Shown here: in pieces, positions 19,877 through 28,764 of the stretch
Numbering within the stretch: position 1 is the stretch's first letter
How the letters are laid out: each line of letters begins with the position of its first letter
DNA from: a virus
Strand: one strand, 5' to 3'
IMG/VR virus record: IMGVR_UViG_3300020147_000001
Coordinates: 2,724-66,723 of that record
DNA: 64,000 bases
Made by a program: the position numbers and the translations under genes
The notes under the pieces: model-generated
What the model saw: only the letters and a program-made list of their open reading frames with translations
The model's database searches: none
What the model was told of the DNA's origin: nothing

Positions 19877-22450
19877 TCAACGCACGTGTCTACGTGATGT
19901 GCCAGCAGCCACCGACACGCGCCCGCGCGTACCATCTCCGCCTGCGCCACCCGACACGGGAGTCGTGCCGCCGCTCATGGTCGCACCCAAGCTAGTGCTC
20001 GTGTCCATCTCACCAGTGAGCGCAATCTGCGCGCTAACCGACAGGTTCCCTGTGAAGGTGCTGGCCGAGCTGGCCGATCCAAAGAGCCGGCCAGTCAGCG
20101 CAGCGACGAGCGCGCTTGTTGTGGTCGCGTCGCCCTCGAAGCGTCGAAGGATATCGAGCGTGGCCGATTGGAATGCGCTCTGCGATCCCATGTCTCCGAA
20201 GAGCGTGCTCGTGATGCCGGTCAACTCGCTGCCCGTCGTGGCCTCGCCTGAGAGCAGCGCGATCAGCGTGCCCTGCAGCTGCGAGCTCGAGGTTGCTGTA
20301 CCTGAAAAGGTGCGCTCAACATCGAGCACCGGCGGCGGGAACCCGGACTCGGTGACAGCCAAGCCAGAGAAAACGCCTGTCACGCCGAGGTTGCCGCTCA
20401 GCGCCGACTGTGAGGTGAGCGCGGGGCCAGTGAGCGCATGCGCCAGGGCAAGCGCCGCCGCGGGGATCTCCGAGGCGCTGGCGAGCGCGTTGGCAGTCAG
20501 CGGCACCGAGGCGAGCATGGCTCCGGTAAACTCGCTGCTCGACGCCATGGGCGGCGCCGTGAGCGGCTGCGCTTGGATCAGCGCGCCAGTGAGCCCCGAG
20601 CTCGACGCGAACCCGCTCGAGGCCATCGGCTTGAGCGTGGTGAGCAGTGCCGCTGGGAACTCTGACTCGGTCTCGAGCGGCGTGCCTGCAGCCGCGTAGA
20701 CCTGCGTCAGCGTCGCACTGGGGAAGCCGGTGTTCGAGGCCGCTGTGCCCGCGAGCGCAAAGGTCTGGTTCAGCACTGCAGCGGGGAACCCGGAGCTTGA
20801 AGCCAAGGCGCCGGCAAGCGGGTAGCTCTGCACGAGCGCCGCAGCCGGAAAGCCCGTGCTCGAGGCGAGTGTGCCGGCGAGCGCGGTGAAGGCTTCGCCT
20901 GGAGACTCGTGTTGCGCCTCAAGAGACCCGTTGTCCGTGAGTAGCGGACGACCCTTCCCCGAGCTGTCAACGAGCACGCCATCCCAAGCGAGTTGCCACC
21001 ACATCCAGACCTGTGAATCGTTGTGGTGGGGAGTGTAGTACGTCGCCTCACTCGCGATGTCAGACGCGCTCAGCGCTGCGCCTGCCCAGCCTTTGGCATG
21101 CGCGTACTCCGCGAGCGCACCGTTACTAGCGACGAAGTTGAAGAACGACACGTTGCCGGTGATCGCAGCAGATGCTGATGCCACCAGTGACCCATCGATG
21201 TATGCGCGCGCCGTTGTCCCGTCGTAGGTAAGTGCCGCGTGGTGCCAATCGCCGTCGTTGGTCGCGATGTAGTTGATGGGGAAGCCCGACCCGCCTGAGT
21301 CCGCAGCGTAAACCACATAGCGAACCACGCCGCTTGTCTGCTGTACGCCAAGGCCAACGTTGTCGCCAGACGCCGAGTACATGCCGAACACGGAGAAGAT
21401 CCCGTCCGTTGAGAACGACACTGGCTTTAGCCACACCATGACGGTCCATGGCGACGCCATCGAAAAGCCGGCGCTCGCGCGCGCGAGCGCCGAAGGGCCG
21501 CCTGCGTAGCCAATCCGCCTACCCCATCGAGGCCTGATCCAAGCTGTGAGACCTGTGCTCGATGCTGCCGTGCCAGCGACTTGGCGCGGCATCGCGCCGA
21601 CGAGTCCGCTGCTCGTGGTCGCCGTGCCCGCAATGTGCGCGCGCAGCTGTCCAGTGAGCCCGCTCGAAGTGACCGCCGTCGTGCCTACGATCGGCTTGGT
21701 GACGCGCAGCAGCGCGCTCGCGCTTACGAAGCCAGAGCTCGACGCTGCCGTGCCCGACATTGCGACGGTGGGGGTCTCAGGCTGCGGCGGATTATCCGCA
21801 GTGCTCCAGCTGACAGCCGGGGTTCCGCCGCTCTCGGCGCCGTTGTTGCCGTTGCCACTGGAGTCGGTGGCGTTTGCGTCAAGCCGCCAGAACGTGACCA
21901 AGCCGCTTGTGACTTGCGGCACGCGGTAGGCCGCCATGGTAGCGATTTCGCCATCGCTCAGCGCGCGGTTGAACAGCGCCGCGTCGGCAAACTTGCCGTT
22001 GTGGGCACCGATGATGAACTGGGTTGCCGTCGTGCTCGTGGTGCGCGTGGTTGCGGACGATTGCTCACCAATGTACACGCCATCGATGTACGCCCGCTTC
22101 ATTCCCGTTGTGGCGTTGTAGACGAGCGCTACGTGGTACCACGTAGATGTGTTGCCGTAGCAAGTGCTGTAGGTGGCTTCGTCGCGCGCATAAGGCCACG
22201 CAGCCTGACGCGTCCAGTCGAGGCTGGTGCCTACAGCGCCGTCGTCACGCCCGATGTAACTGCCGGTGACGTCGGACTGCGCAATGTAGGAGATGATGAT
22301 CGAGTGATAGTTGGTGGTGGTCAGGCCGTGTTTGACGCGGCACATGATCGTGTGCGAAGCGCGCAGGTTGACGCTGGTGAGGCTGTCGCCGACAAACTCG
22401 CCGGCTGGAATGCCGTCTTCGTCGGTCGTTGTTGTTGAGATCAGCGCCAT
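19877..22450 (-). CDS. tail fibre / receptor-binding protein with two LamG-like domains and S/T/A/G repeats
   Basis: WYHVALVYN...AYIDG and WHHAALTYDG...AYIDG; repeated xAGTxxSSSGF units. Confidence 0.8.
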   Translation of the reverse strand: MALISTTTTDEDGIPAGEFVGDSLTSVNLRASHTIMCRVKHGLTTTNYHSIIISYIAQSDVTGSYIGRDDGAVGTSLDWTRQAAWPYARDEATYSTCYGNTSTWYHVALVYNATTGMKRAYIDGVYIGEQSSATTRTTSTTATQFIIGAHNGKFADAALFNRALSDGEIATMAAYRVPQVTSGLVTFWRLDANATDSSGNGNNGAESGGTPAVSWSTADNPPQPETPTVAMSGTAASSSGFVSASALLRVTKPIVGTTAVTSSGLTGQLRAHIAGTATTSSGLVGAMPRQVAGTAASSTGLTAWIRPRWGRRIGYAGGPSALARASAGFSMASPWTVMVWLKPVSFSTDGIFSVFGMYSASGDNVGLGVQQTSGVVRYVVYAADSGGSGFPINYIATNDGDWHHAALTYDGTTARAYIDGSLVASASAAITGNVSFFNFVASNGALAEYAHAKGWAGAALSASDIASEATYYTPHHNDSQVWMWWQLAWDGVLVDSSGKGRPLLTDNGSLEAQHESPGEAFTALAGTLASSTGFPAAALVQSYPLAGALASSSGFPAAVLNQTFALAGTAASNTGFPSATLTQVYAAAGTPLETESEFPAALLTTLKPMASSGFASSSGLTGALIQAQPLTAPPMASSSEFTGAMLASVPLTANALASASEIPAAALALAHALTGPALTSQSALSGNLGVTGVFSGLAVTESGFPPPVLDVERTFSGTATSSSQLQGTLIALLSGEATTGSELTGITSTLFGDMGSQSAFQSATLDILRRFEGDATTTSALVAALTGRLFGSASSASTFTGNLSVSAQIALTGEMDTSTSLGATMSGGTTPVSGGAGGDGTRGRVSVAAGTSRRHVR

Positions 22451-22483
22451 CGTTCAACCTGCGGCCTGCACCGTTACCCGCCG

Positions 22484-22900
22484 TCACACGCTTGAGAAGT
22501 TGTGCACGAGCGCGCCGGCAGCGAAGCTTGCCGTGTTGCCCGCGTTGATCACCTGCGACGCGCTCAGCGAGCTCGCGCCGATGAAGTTCGCTGCCGCGGT
22601 GTTCGAAACGTGGTTCCAGATCCCGAAGTGCGTGATCGTGCCCCAGTTGCTCGGGGTCGCGGTCGGGAACGTCACGGTGCCGCTGTTGCTCGTGACCGAG
22701 GGGTTCGCCGCAGTCGGCGCTCCAAAGGTCACAGCCTGGCGCGCATAAGCGTTGCCGCTCACCTCGCCGGCGGACTGTCCGTCGACACCAGGATCAGCCG
22801 TGTGCAGGCTGACGTACACAGTCGTCGGCGATGTGTACGTGACGTTACGGAGAACTGCGTTTACGATGTTCTGTCGAAGAGTTTGTCCAAAACCAGCCAT
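22484..22900 (-). CDS. small virion / tail-fibre-associated protein
   Basis: VYVSLHTADPG..EVSGNAYARQAVTF..WGTITHFGIW pattern, common in phage tail modules. Confidence 0.8.
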   Translation of the reverse strand: MAGFGQTLRQNIVNAVLRNVTYTSPTTVYVSLHTADPGVDGQSAGEVSGNAYARQAVTFGAPTAANPSVTSNSGTVTFPTATPSNWGTITHFGIWNHVSNTAAANFIGASSLSASQVINAGNTASFAAGALVHNFSSV

Positions 22901-22940
22901 TTCCTCGTGTCTTTTCTCATCCCGGAGAAAAGTGGTTTGC

Positions 22941-23285
22941 TCACCAAAGATCGCGGTTTGCCGTGATCGTGAGCGTCATGGGCTCGAACCGCAGCGTTTC
23001 GGTCCAAACGTCGTACGACTTCCCTGTCACGTTGACGCTGCGAGCGACTTCGCGCGGACCGCCAAACGCGTTGGCGTTCCACGCCGACACGCGATTGCCG
23101 AGCTGACTGTCCATGAGCGAGACGCCCGTGAAGACCACCGGAACGAGGTTGACGAACTCGAGCCCGTCGTCGTCAACCTGAGCCCACTCGTCGGCGATCG
23201 AGCCAGACGCTGTGGCTGCGATGTTTACGTGTCCGAGCTCGGGTGGCTTGTCAGGTTTTTGGAAGTAGAGGGTTGCTGCGGCCAT
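22941..23285 (-). CDS. putative virion protein
   Basis: ORF in the structural operon. Confidence 0.6.
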   Translation of the reverse strand: MAAATLYFQKPDKPPELGHVNIAATASGSIADEWAQVDDDGLEFVNLVPVVFTGVSLMDSQLGNRVSAWNANAFGGPREVARSVNVTGKSYDVWTETLRFEPMTLTITANRDLW

Positions 23286-23573
23286 TTAGAGATTGCTCCG
23301 GTAGCGCGTGAGCACACCGTCATCTGTGCCAGCACGGATGACGCGAAAGTTGGGATCAGACGTGTCGTTGACCCACCAGTCGTAGGTTTCCTGCGCCTTC
23401 ATTGGGAAGCTGTAGACTGCAGAGGCTGCTGAGTCCGTGTCCCCGCCGAAGTGGATCCAGCAGTCGACGCTGGACACGAACGTTACCCAGCATCCACCGA
23501 AGGGAATGGTGGCGGAGCCGAGCACCGCCGCAAGCGTCGAGCTCGACGTGATATCGGTCTTGTAGACCGCCAT
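23286..23573 (-). CDS. putative virion protein
   Basis: ORF in the structural operon; start uncertain (23573 or 23636). Confidence 0.6.
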   Translation of the reverse strand: MAVYKTDITSSSTLAAVLGSATIPFGGCWVTFVSSVDCWIHFGGDTDSAASAVYSFPMKAQETYDWWVNDTSDPNFRVIRAGTDDGVLTRYRSNL

Positions 23574-23678
23574 CGGATGGCCCGAGCCGGCTGCATGCGG
23601 TGGGCGTTTTGCGATTGCTTGAGCTTGTCCGAGCACTTCAGCGAGTCGTTTCTCATCCCGGAGAAACTAGGCCGTACC

Positions 23679-24095
23679 TCACACGCTCCACGAGCCGATC
23701 ACCACACGCACATCGACGGCGCCGCCGCCCGAGTCGTAGTCAAAGACGGGGCGGACCCACTTCGGGAACCTGGTGAACGCAAGGGTCACTTCGTGCGTTC
23801 CAACTTCAGGGCTGGCATATGCCAGAACACCTGTCGCGGCAGTGTAGGTGATCTCAGTCGGCGCGACCGTGATGATCTCACCAGTGTTGAGCGTCGGCAA
23901 GATCGAGCTCGGATCGAGCGCGCTTGCGTCATCGTTCGTGCCGGTAAGCCGCAGCGCAGCCACGAGCGTCGCTGCATCCACCGATGCTGTCACCGTCAGC
24001 GTGAGCGACTGACAGTTAGATACCTGGACGGTTTGACCTGACACGTTCGCGGTGGACGCGACCAGGACGGTTTGACTCTTCAGAATATCGGTCAC
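23679..24095 (-). CDS. putative beta-rich virion protein
   Basis: 138-aa ORF coupled to the upstream gene. Confidence 0.65.
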   Translation of the reverse strand: MTDILKSQTVLVASTANVSGQTVQVSNCQSLTLTVTASVDAATLVAALRLTGTNDDASALDPSSILPTLNTGEIITVAPTEITYTAATGVLAYASPEVGTHEVTLAFTRFPKWVRPVFDYDSGGGAVDVRVVIGSWSV

Positions 24096-26839
24096 GCGAT
24101 CTCTCCGCGGATGGTGGGGAACACATTGCGTGCAAACTGCGGATCTGTGCGATAGAGACGCTCAGTCACCGCAGCGCGTCGGTCGTCCGTGCCGGCCTGC
24201 GAGTAGTCGTCGGCGTACGGCTGGAACGCGTCGGGGTTCGCCAGCATGGCGTCCGTCGTCTCGCGCCCGAGGAACTCGCCGGGAGACAGCGCGCTCGTTG
24301 ATCCGTCAGGGACACCCGACTGTTCCGCTGCAGCTTCCGGCGGCGGAGGCTCGCGCATCATGTCGCCAAAGCTCGCAGTAAGTGAGCCAACAGGCTTCTG
24401 ACCGAACCGCGAAAGCCGATCCATCATTGCGCCCGTCTCGCTGCTCAGCCATTTTGCTTGCAACGCATGTCGCCGTGGCAGCGCCCAACCCGCTGCCGCC
24501 GCGCCTGCGCCGAGCGCTAAGCCCATCGGAAGATTCAGTGCGCCGGCGAGGTGTGCCGCTGTACCGCCGCCGCCAAGCACGCTTGCTGCGCCGCCCAACA
24601 TGCGCGGCGTGGAGCCGCTGGCTGCACGTGCGCCTTCCTGCGCGATCGTGTTGAGTAGGCCCTCTTGCGTGTTCGCTTGGTCCCACTGCTGCGTAAGCTC
24701 GGCGGGATGCGCGTAGGGGATCTGCGGCTGCGCTTGCGGGAAGCCCTCGCGCGCAGCGTTCATGAGCGAGCCGTACTGCGCGCGCAAGCGGTTGTTCTGC
24801 GCGTCGAAGTTGCGCTCGTCGATGGCCTCTCCGACGAAGTTCTTCTCGTCGAGGAACTCTTGCACGCCCATGCCGTGCACCTGCGTCTGCATCGGCTGGT
24901 TTGGACTCGGCACGCCACGCACGAACTGCTCGGGCGGTGCAGCTGGCGGCTGCGCTTGCGCCGCGAGTGCGCCTACCGGATCGGGCGGAGGCGGTGCAAC
25001 AGGAGGAGTAGTCGCCTGTGCGCCCGGCGCCCCGGAGGGGCCCGCCGGCATGGCTTCCGGTTGGGGCTGGTAGCGCGCCGAGGGGCGCACAGGCGTCACA
25101 TGCTGCGGCGCGAGCTCGGGCACCTGCGGCTCTTGGTAGCGCGCGCTCGGGCGCGGCGGAGGTGGCCCGCCCATGTTGCGCTCCATGCCGGCCGTATGCC
25201 CCCTCTCCATGAGCTCAGCCGGGTCGATCTCCCCGCGCTCGAGCATGCTGGCGATCATGTCGTCTTCCATGAGCGCAGCCATGTCGTCCGGCGGCGCTTG
25301 CGCGGCGAGCGCGCCCACAGGATCGGGTGGGAGGTCTTGCGGGGGCACATAGCCTTCGCCGATCGGCGGGTTGATGTGCCGCGGCGCACGCGCACTTGGA
25401 CGCGGCGGCGGAGCTGGCGGCGGGGGCTGGTAACGCGCTGACGGCGGCACAGCGGTCACTGCGCTGTCCGGAAGGATGCGCGTGCCGTCTGCGTCGAACT
25501 CCGGAAGCGGAGGCGGTGCGGCGCGCTGTGTGGGCGGCGCAGCGGCTGGTAGCGGCGGCGGCCCTGCGGGCAGCGGAGGCGGAGGCAGCGGAGGTGGCGC
25601 CGCTTCGGGCACTGCGTCGAGCTCCATGGTGTCACTGGGCTGCGCTGAGACCCGTCGTTCCATGTCGTTGTAACGTTGCGCGGAAGCGTCTACAGCCTGG
25701 TTGTGATCGGAGATGCGAGGCGCGGTGCCAGGCTTCACGCCGTGAGTCGGGTGGTTGCGGATGCCCTGCGCGACCAGGTCCGGATCGACTTCGGCACCGA
25801 GCGCAGCGAGTGCACCGATCGCACCTTCTTTGTCGTTGCGCGCGGAGTCGGCAGCCTTGCGCGCGCGCAGGTTCATCTGCTGGACGCTCGGGGCGTCTCG
25901 CCAGCGCTCGCCGCCCTGCGCGGCAAGCATCTCCACTTCAGCCAAAATCTCCGCAGCCTTCTCCGGGCCGAGCTGTGAGATATTCACTGGATCAAGACCA
26001 GCGCTCTTGAGCCGTTGCGCGACATACTCCTCGTGTCGCAGCTGCATCGCCTCGGGCCGCGTCTGCCGGTAGTGCGAGCGCGCGCCCACGCCGCCGAGCA
26101 CAGCGCCCGGCGCAGAGAGTGCTACGTCGAGCCCGATCTCCCCTTTGGTCGTTTGACCGAGCGCGTCGGACACGCTCAGATCAAGATCGTCGCCGTAGCG
26201 ACGCGCGGCTGTGTCAACAGCGCCGAGCCCAGTCTGCATGGCCACGTCGCCCGCAACGCGGCCGAGTGTGCTGAGCTTCGTTGCCGCGGGGATGAGCCGC
26301 GTGACCTGCGCGACCTTGTTGAGCGGGTTGATCGGCAGAAGCGTGGCTCCCACGTCGCCTGCCGCGAAGGGCATGGGATGAGCGCGCTCGGCTTCGATGC
26401 TCCACTCGCGCACGCCCGGAACGCGACGCTCGAGGCCCGCGGCGGTACCGTGCACAGCGCCCGCGGCCGTGGAGTTCAACTGGCCGGGAATGTCGCCCCA
26501 CTCCTCGGGGCCAACCGTGCTTAGCGCGCTCGCTGCGCCCGTGGGGTCGCCGCCAGACATAAGGCCGCGCATCCAGTCGGTGCCAGCTGGCGCCTCGGGC
26601 GTCGTCCCACGCACCTCAGACATGCTGAGCGTGCGGCCGAGCGGCGCTTGCTCCGAGTCGAAGCTCTCGGCGGAAGTCGGCCCTTTGATCACCTCGGGCG
26701 TGCCGACGTGCATCGGGTCGCTTGCCTCCTCGGGGAGCTCGTGGCCTCCGGACAGCTCGCGGTAGGCCGCGTAGGCCTCTTCCTCGGGGATGTCGTAGGT
26801 GTCCGAGCCGATCGTGAACGTGCGAACGCGGCCGGGCAT
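24092..26839 (-). CDS. putative internal virion / ejection protein with a Pro-rich central region
   Basis: 915 aa, Ala/Gly-rich; podovirus ejection-gene position. Confidence 0.6.
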   Translation of the reverse strand: MPGRVRTFTIGSDTYDIPEEEAYAAYRELSGGHELPEEASDPMHVGTPEVIKGPTSAESFDSEQAPLGRTLSMSEVRGTTPEAPAGTDWMRGLMSGGDPTGAASALSTVGPEEWGDIPGQLNSTAAGAVHGTAAGLERRVPGVREWSIEAERAHPMPFAAGDVGATLLPINPLNKVAQVTRLIPAATKLSTLGRVAGDVAMQTGLGAVDTAARRYGDDLDLSVSDALGQTTKGEIGLDVALSAPGAVLGGVGARSHYRQTRPEAMQLRHEEYVAQRLKSAGLDPVNISQLGPEKAAEILAEVEMLAAQGGERWRDAPSVQQMNLRARKAADSARNDKEGAIGALAALGAEVDPDLVAQGIRNHPTHGVKPGTAPRISDHNQAVDASAQRYNDMERRVSAQPSDTMELDAVPEAAPPPLPPPPLPAGPPPLPAAAPPTQRAAPPPLPEFDADGTRILPDSAVTAVPPSARYQPPPPAPPPRPSARAPRHINPPIGEGYVPPQDLPPDPVGALAAQAPPDDMAALMEDDMIASMLERGEIDPAELMERGHTAGMERNMGGPPPPRPSARYQEPQVPELAPQHVTPVRPSARYQPQPEAMPAGPSGAPGAQATTPPVAPPPPDPVGALAAQAQPPAAPPEQFVRGVPSPNQPMQTQVHGMGVQEFLDEKNFVGEAIDERNFDAQNNRLRAQYGSLMNAAREGFPQAQPQIPYAHPAELTQQWDQANTQEGLLNTIAQEGARAASGSTPRMLGGAASVLGGGGTAAHLAGALNLPMGLALGAGAAAAGWALPRRHALQAKWLSSETGAMMDRLSRFGQKPVGSLTASFGDMMREPPPPEAAAEQSGVPDGSTSALSPGEFLGRETTDAMLANPDAFQPYADDYSQAGTDDRRAAVTERLYRTDPQFARNVFPTIRGEIA

Positions 26840-28764
26840 TACTGTTGTCTCCGATACTTGTTCCAGCGCTTTTTGGCCGCCTCTTGCTCAGGCGTGAGCG
26901 GAGGCAGACCCGGCGTCTTGCCAAGCGTGAGCGAATCCGGCTGCGCGGCGAGACCTGGCTCGACGAGCTCCTCAGGAGGCAGGTCGTAGCCACCTGCCCC
27001 CGCGCCAGCACCTTCGACGACTTCCTCGCCGTCCTCGTTGAGTACGACGGTCTGGCCTGCTCCGAGCGTCGGGTCGATCGCCGCCGATGGCTGCGTGCCT
27101 TGGTAGGCGGAGATCCAGCGCTTCGGATCTCTGACGCCGCCGCTGGCAAGCGTTCGGCCCGCGAGCTCGGGGTTTGTCACCGCGAGTCCGCCGCCGATGT
27201 CTGTCTGCAGAAGACCACGAACCTTCCTGAGCGTGGCTTCGATCTCAGGAAGCGTGGCGTACTTCGAGGTTGCGTTCGCGATCTCAGCCGCGATTTCTTC
27301 GCGCGCGTTACCGCTTGCGCCGGTATCGATGCGGTAGAGCGTCGTGCCCAAGCGCTGCAGAAGCTGCTGGTTCATGATCGCTTCGTTCTGGAAGTCTTGG
27401 TGCTCGCCGCCGGCGAGCACGCCCACCCAGCCGCGCGCGCTTTGATCCAGGGGGAACTTGGTGATGTCTTGCAGTGCGGCCTCAGCGCCGAGGCCCGCCG
27501 GCATACGCTTTTCGCTCTTGGCTTTGGCGATTACGTCATCGAGCTCGTCGAGAATCTTGGCCGCGGCGCGGGTCTTCTCGGTGTCGTTCGAGTACTTCGT
27601 GACCTGTGCGGTCTCGGCGTTCGTCGCCTTCTCGGCAGCCGCTGCCTTGGCCGCTGCTGCGCGCTCTGCACGCGCGCGCTTCGCTTCGTCGAGCGTTTCG
27701 CGCTGCATCTTGTCAGCTGCGATCTGATCGGGCGTCTGCGGACGCGTCGCAAGGTGTGGGGCCTGCGCTGCAGCGACTGCGTCTGCAACCTGCGCTTTGT
27801 CGCCGGACACCGTGTCGATGTTCTCGTGAGTCTCTTTGATGCGGCCGCGCGTGGTGCCCGCCGCTTTGTGCTCAGAGAGCCTCTCTTGACCGGCCACGTT
27901 CTCGTCCGAGACTTCGTAGCGCTTCCGGAACGTCGGCATGACGAGGTTGAAACCCTTCTCGTCGAGACCGCCGAGGTACTCGAGCTCCTCCGGAGTCGCA
28001 CCCATCCGGCTGAGCTGATCGAGGACACCCTTCCTGTTTTGCACCGTCTGCGCTGCCGCCGCAGCGTCCTTGCCGGACAAGCGCTCCTGAGTCTGGTGGC
28101 GCGCGCCGAGGTTGCCCTGCGCGACCTTGATGCGCTCCATCGCCAACATCTGGCTCACGGGGTCGTTGCCCGCGCCGCTGGTCAGAAGCTTCGCGCGGCC
28201 GTCGCGCCATGCGCGCTTGTCGTTGTCGACCTGTGCGAGCATGCCGGGGATCGACTTGCCTTTGTTGAACGCCACGTCAGCCAAGAGCGCCCAGCCGTTG
28301 ATCGACGGCTCGTTTTTGCCGTACTCGTCGAGCGCGCGCTGGCGCTGCTCTTCACCCTTGCGCATGAGCGCGTCGAATGGGTCTTGCTCGGGCGGCGGGG
28401 CCGGCGTGCTCGTTGCCGCAGCCGTGGGCGCCGCTGTCGGCGGCGGAGCTGGTTTGCCCGCTGCCGCGAGCGCGGCGGCAGCTACAGGCTCCGGGCCGGG
28501 TGCCGGCGGTTCCAAGTCGGGCGCGTAGAACGCGCTGAGCTGGGGGTCGGGCCGCAGCGACATGGCGTCAACGGGGTCGCGTCCCGACAGAATGTCCGCG
28601 CCCTCGGGGCCGCCCACGTCGAGCTCGGGCGTGAACGCCTCGGCCCCGGTCGAAGGATTGGCGCTTGCGGCGAGCGCGGCGAGTGCCGCGGTGCGCTTGC
28701 GCTCTTCTTCTTCGGGGTCGTAGTCGAGCAGTGATGATGTGAGCTGATATGGATCCATGATCAC
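26839..28764 (-). CDS. putative internal virion / ejection protein
   Basis: 641-aa helical Ala-rich ORF; synteny. Confidence 0.6.
   Translation of the reverse strand: MIMDPYQLTSSLLDYDPEEEERKRTAALAALAASANPSTGAEAFTPELDVGGPEGADILSGRDPVDAMSLRPDPQLSAFYAPDLEPPAPGPEPVAAAALAAAGKPAPPPTAAPTAAATSTPAPPPEQDPFDALMRKGEEQRQRALDEYGKNEPSINGWALLADVAFNKGKSIPGMLAQVDNDKRAWRDGRAKLLTSGAGNDPVSQMLAMERIKVAQGNLGARHQTQERLSGKDAAAAAQTVQNRKGVLDQLSRMGATPEELEYLGGLDEKGFNLVMPTFRKRYEVSDENVAGQERLSEHKAAGTTRGRIKETHENIDTVSGDKAQVADAVAAAQAPHLATRPQTPDQIAADKMQRETLDEAKRARAERAAAAKAAAAEKATNAETAQVTKYSNDTEKTRAAAKILDELDDVIAKAKSEKRMPAGLGAEAALQDITKFPLDQSARGWVGVLAGGEHQDFQNEAIMNQQLLQRLGTTLYRIDTGASGNAREEIAAEIANATSKYATLPEIEATLRKVRGLLQTDIGGGLAVTNPELAGRTLASGGVRDPKRWISAYQGTQPSAAIDPTLGAGQTVVLNEDGEEVVEGAGAGAGGYDLPPEELVEPGLAAQPDSLTLGKTPGLPPLTPEQEAAKKRWNKYRRQQ

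Noticed and set aside
19877-22450. Diversity-generating retroelement target in the tail fibre
   Set aside because: No reverse transcriptase or template/variable repeat pair is seen in the window.
26845-28734. Long + strand ORFs opposite the virion genes (also 39608-41140, 41799-43181, and minus-strand 13183-14637 opposite bet)
   Set aside because: These are shadow ORFs caused by high GC and codon bias; the opposite strand carries the recognisable proteins.
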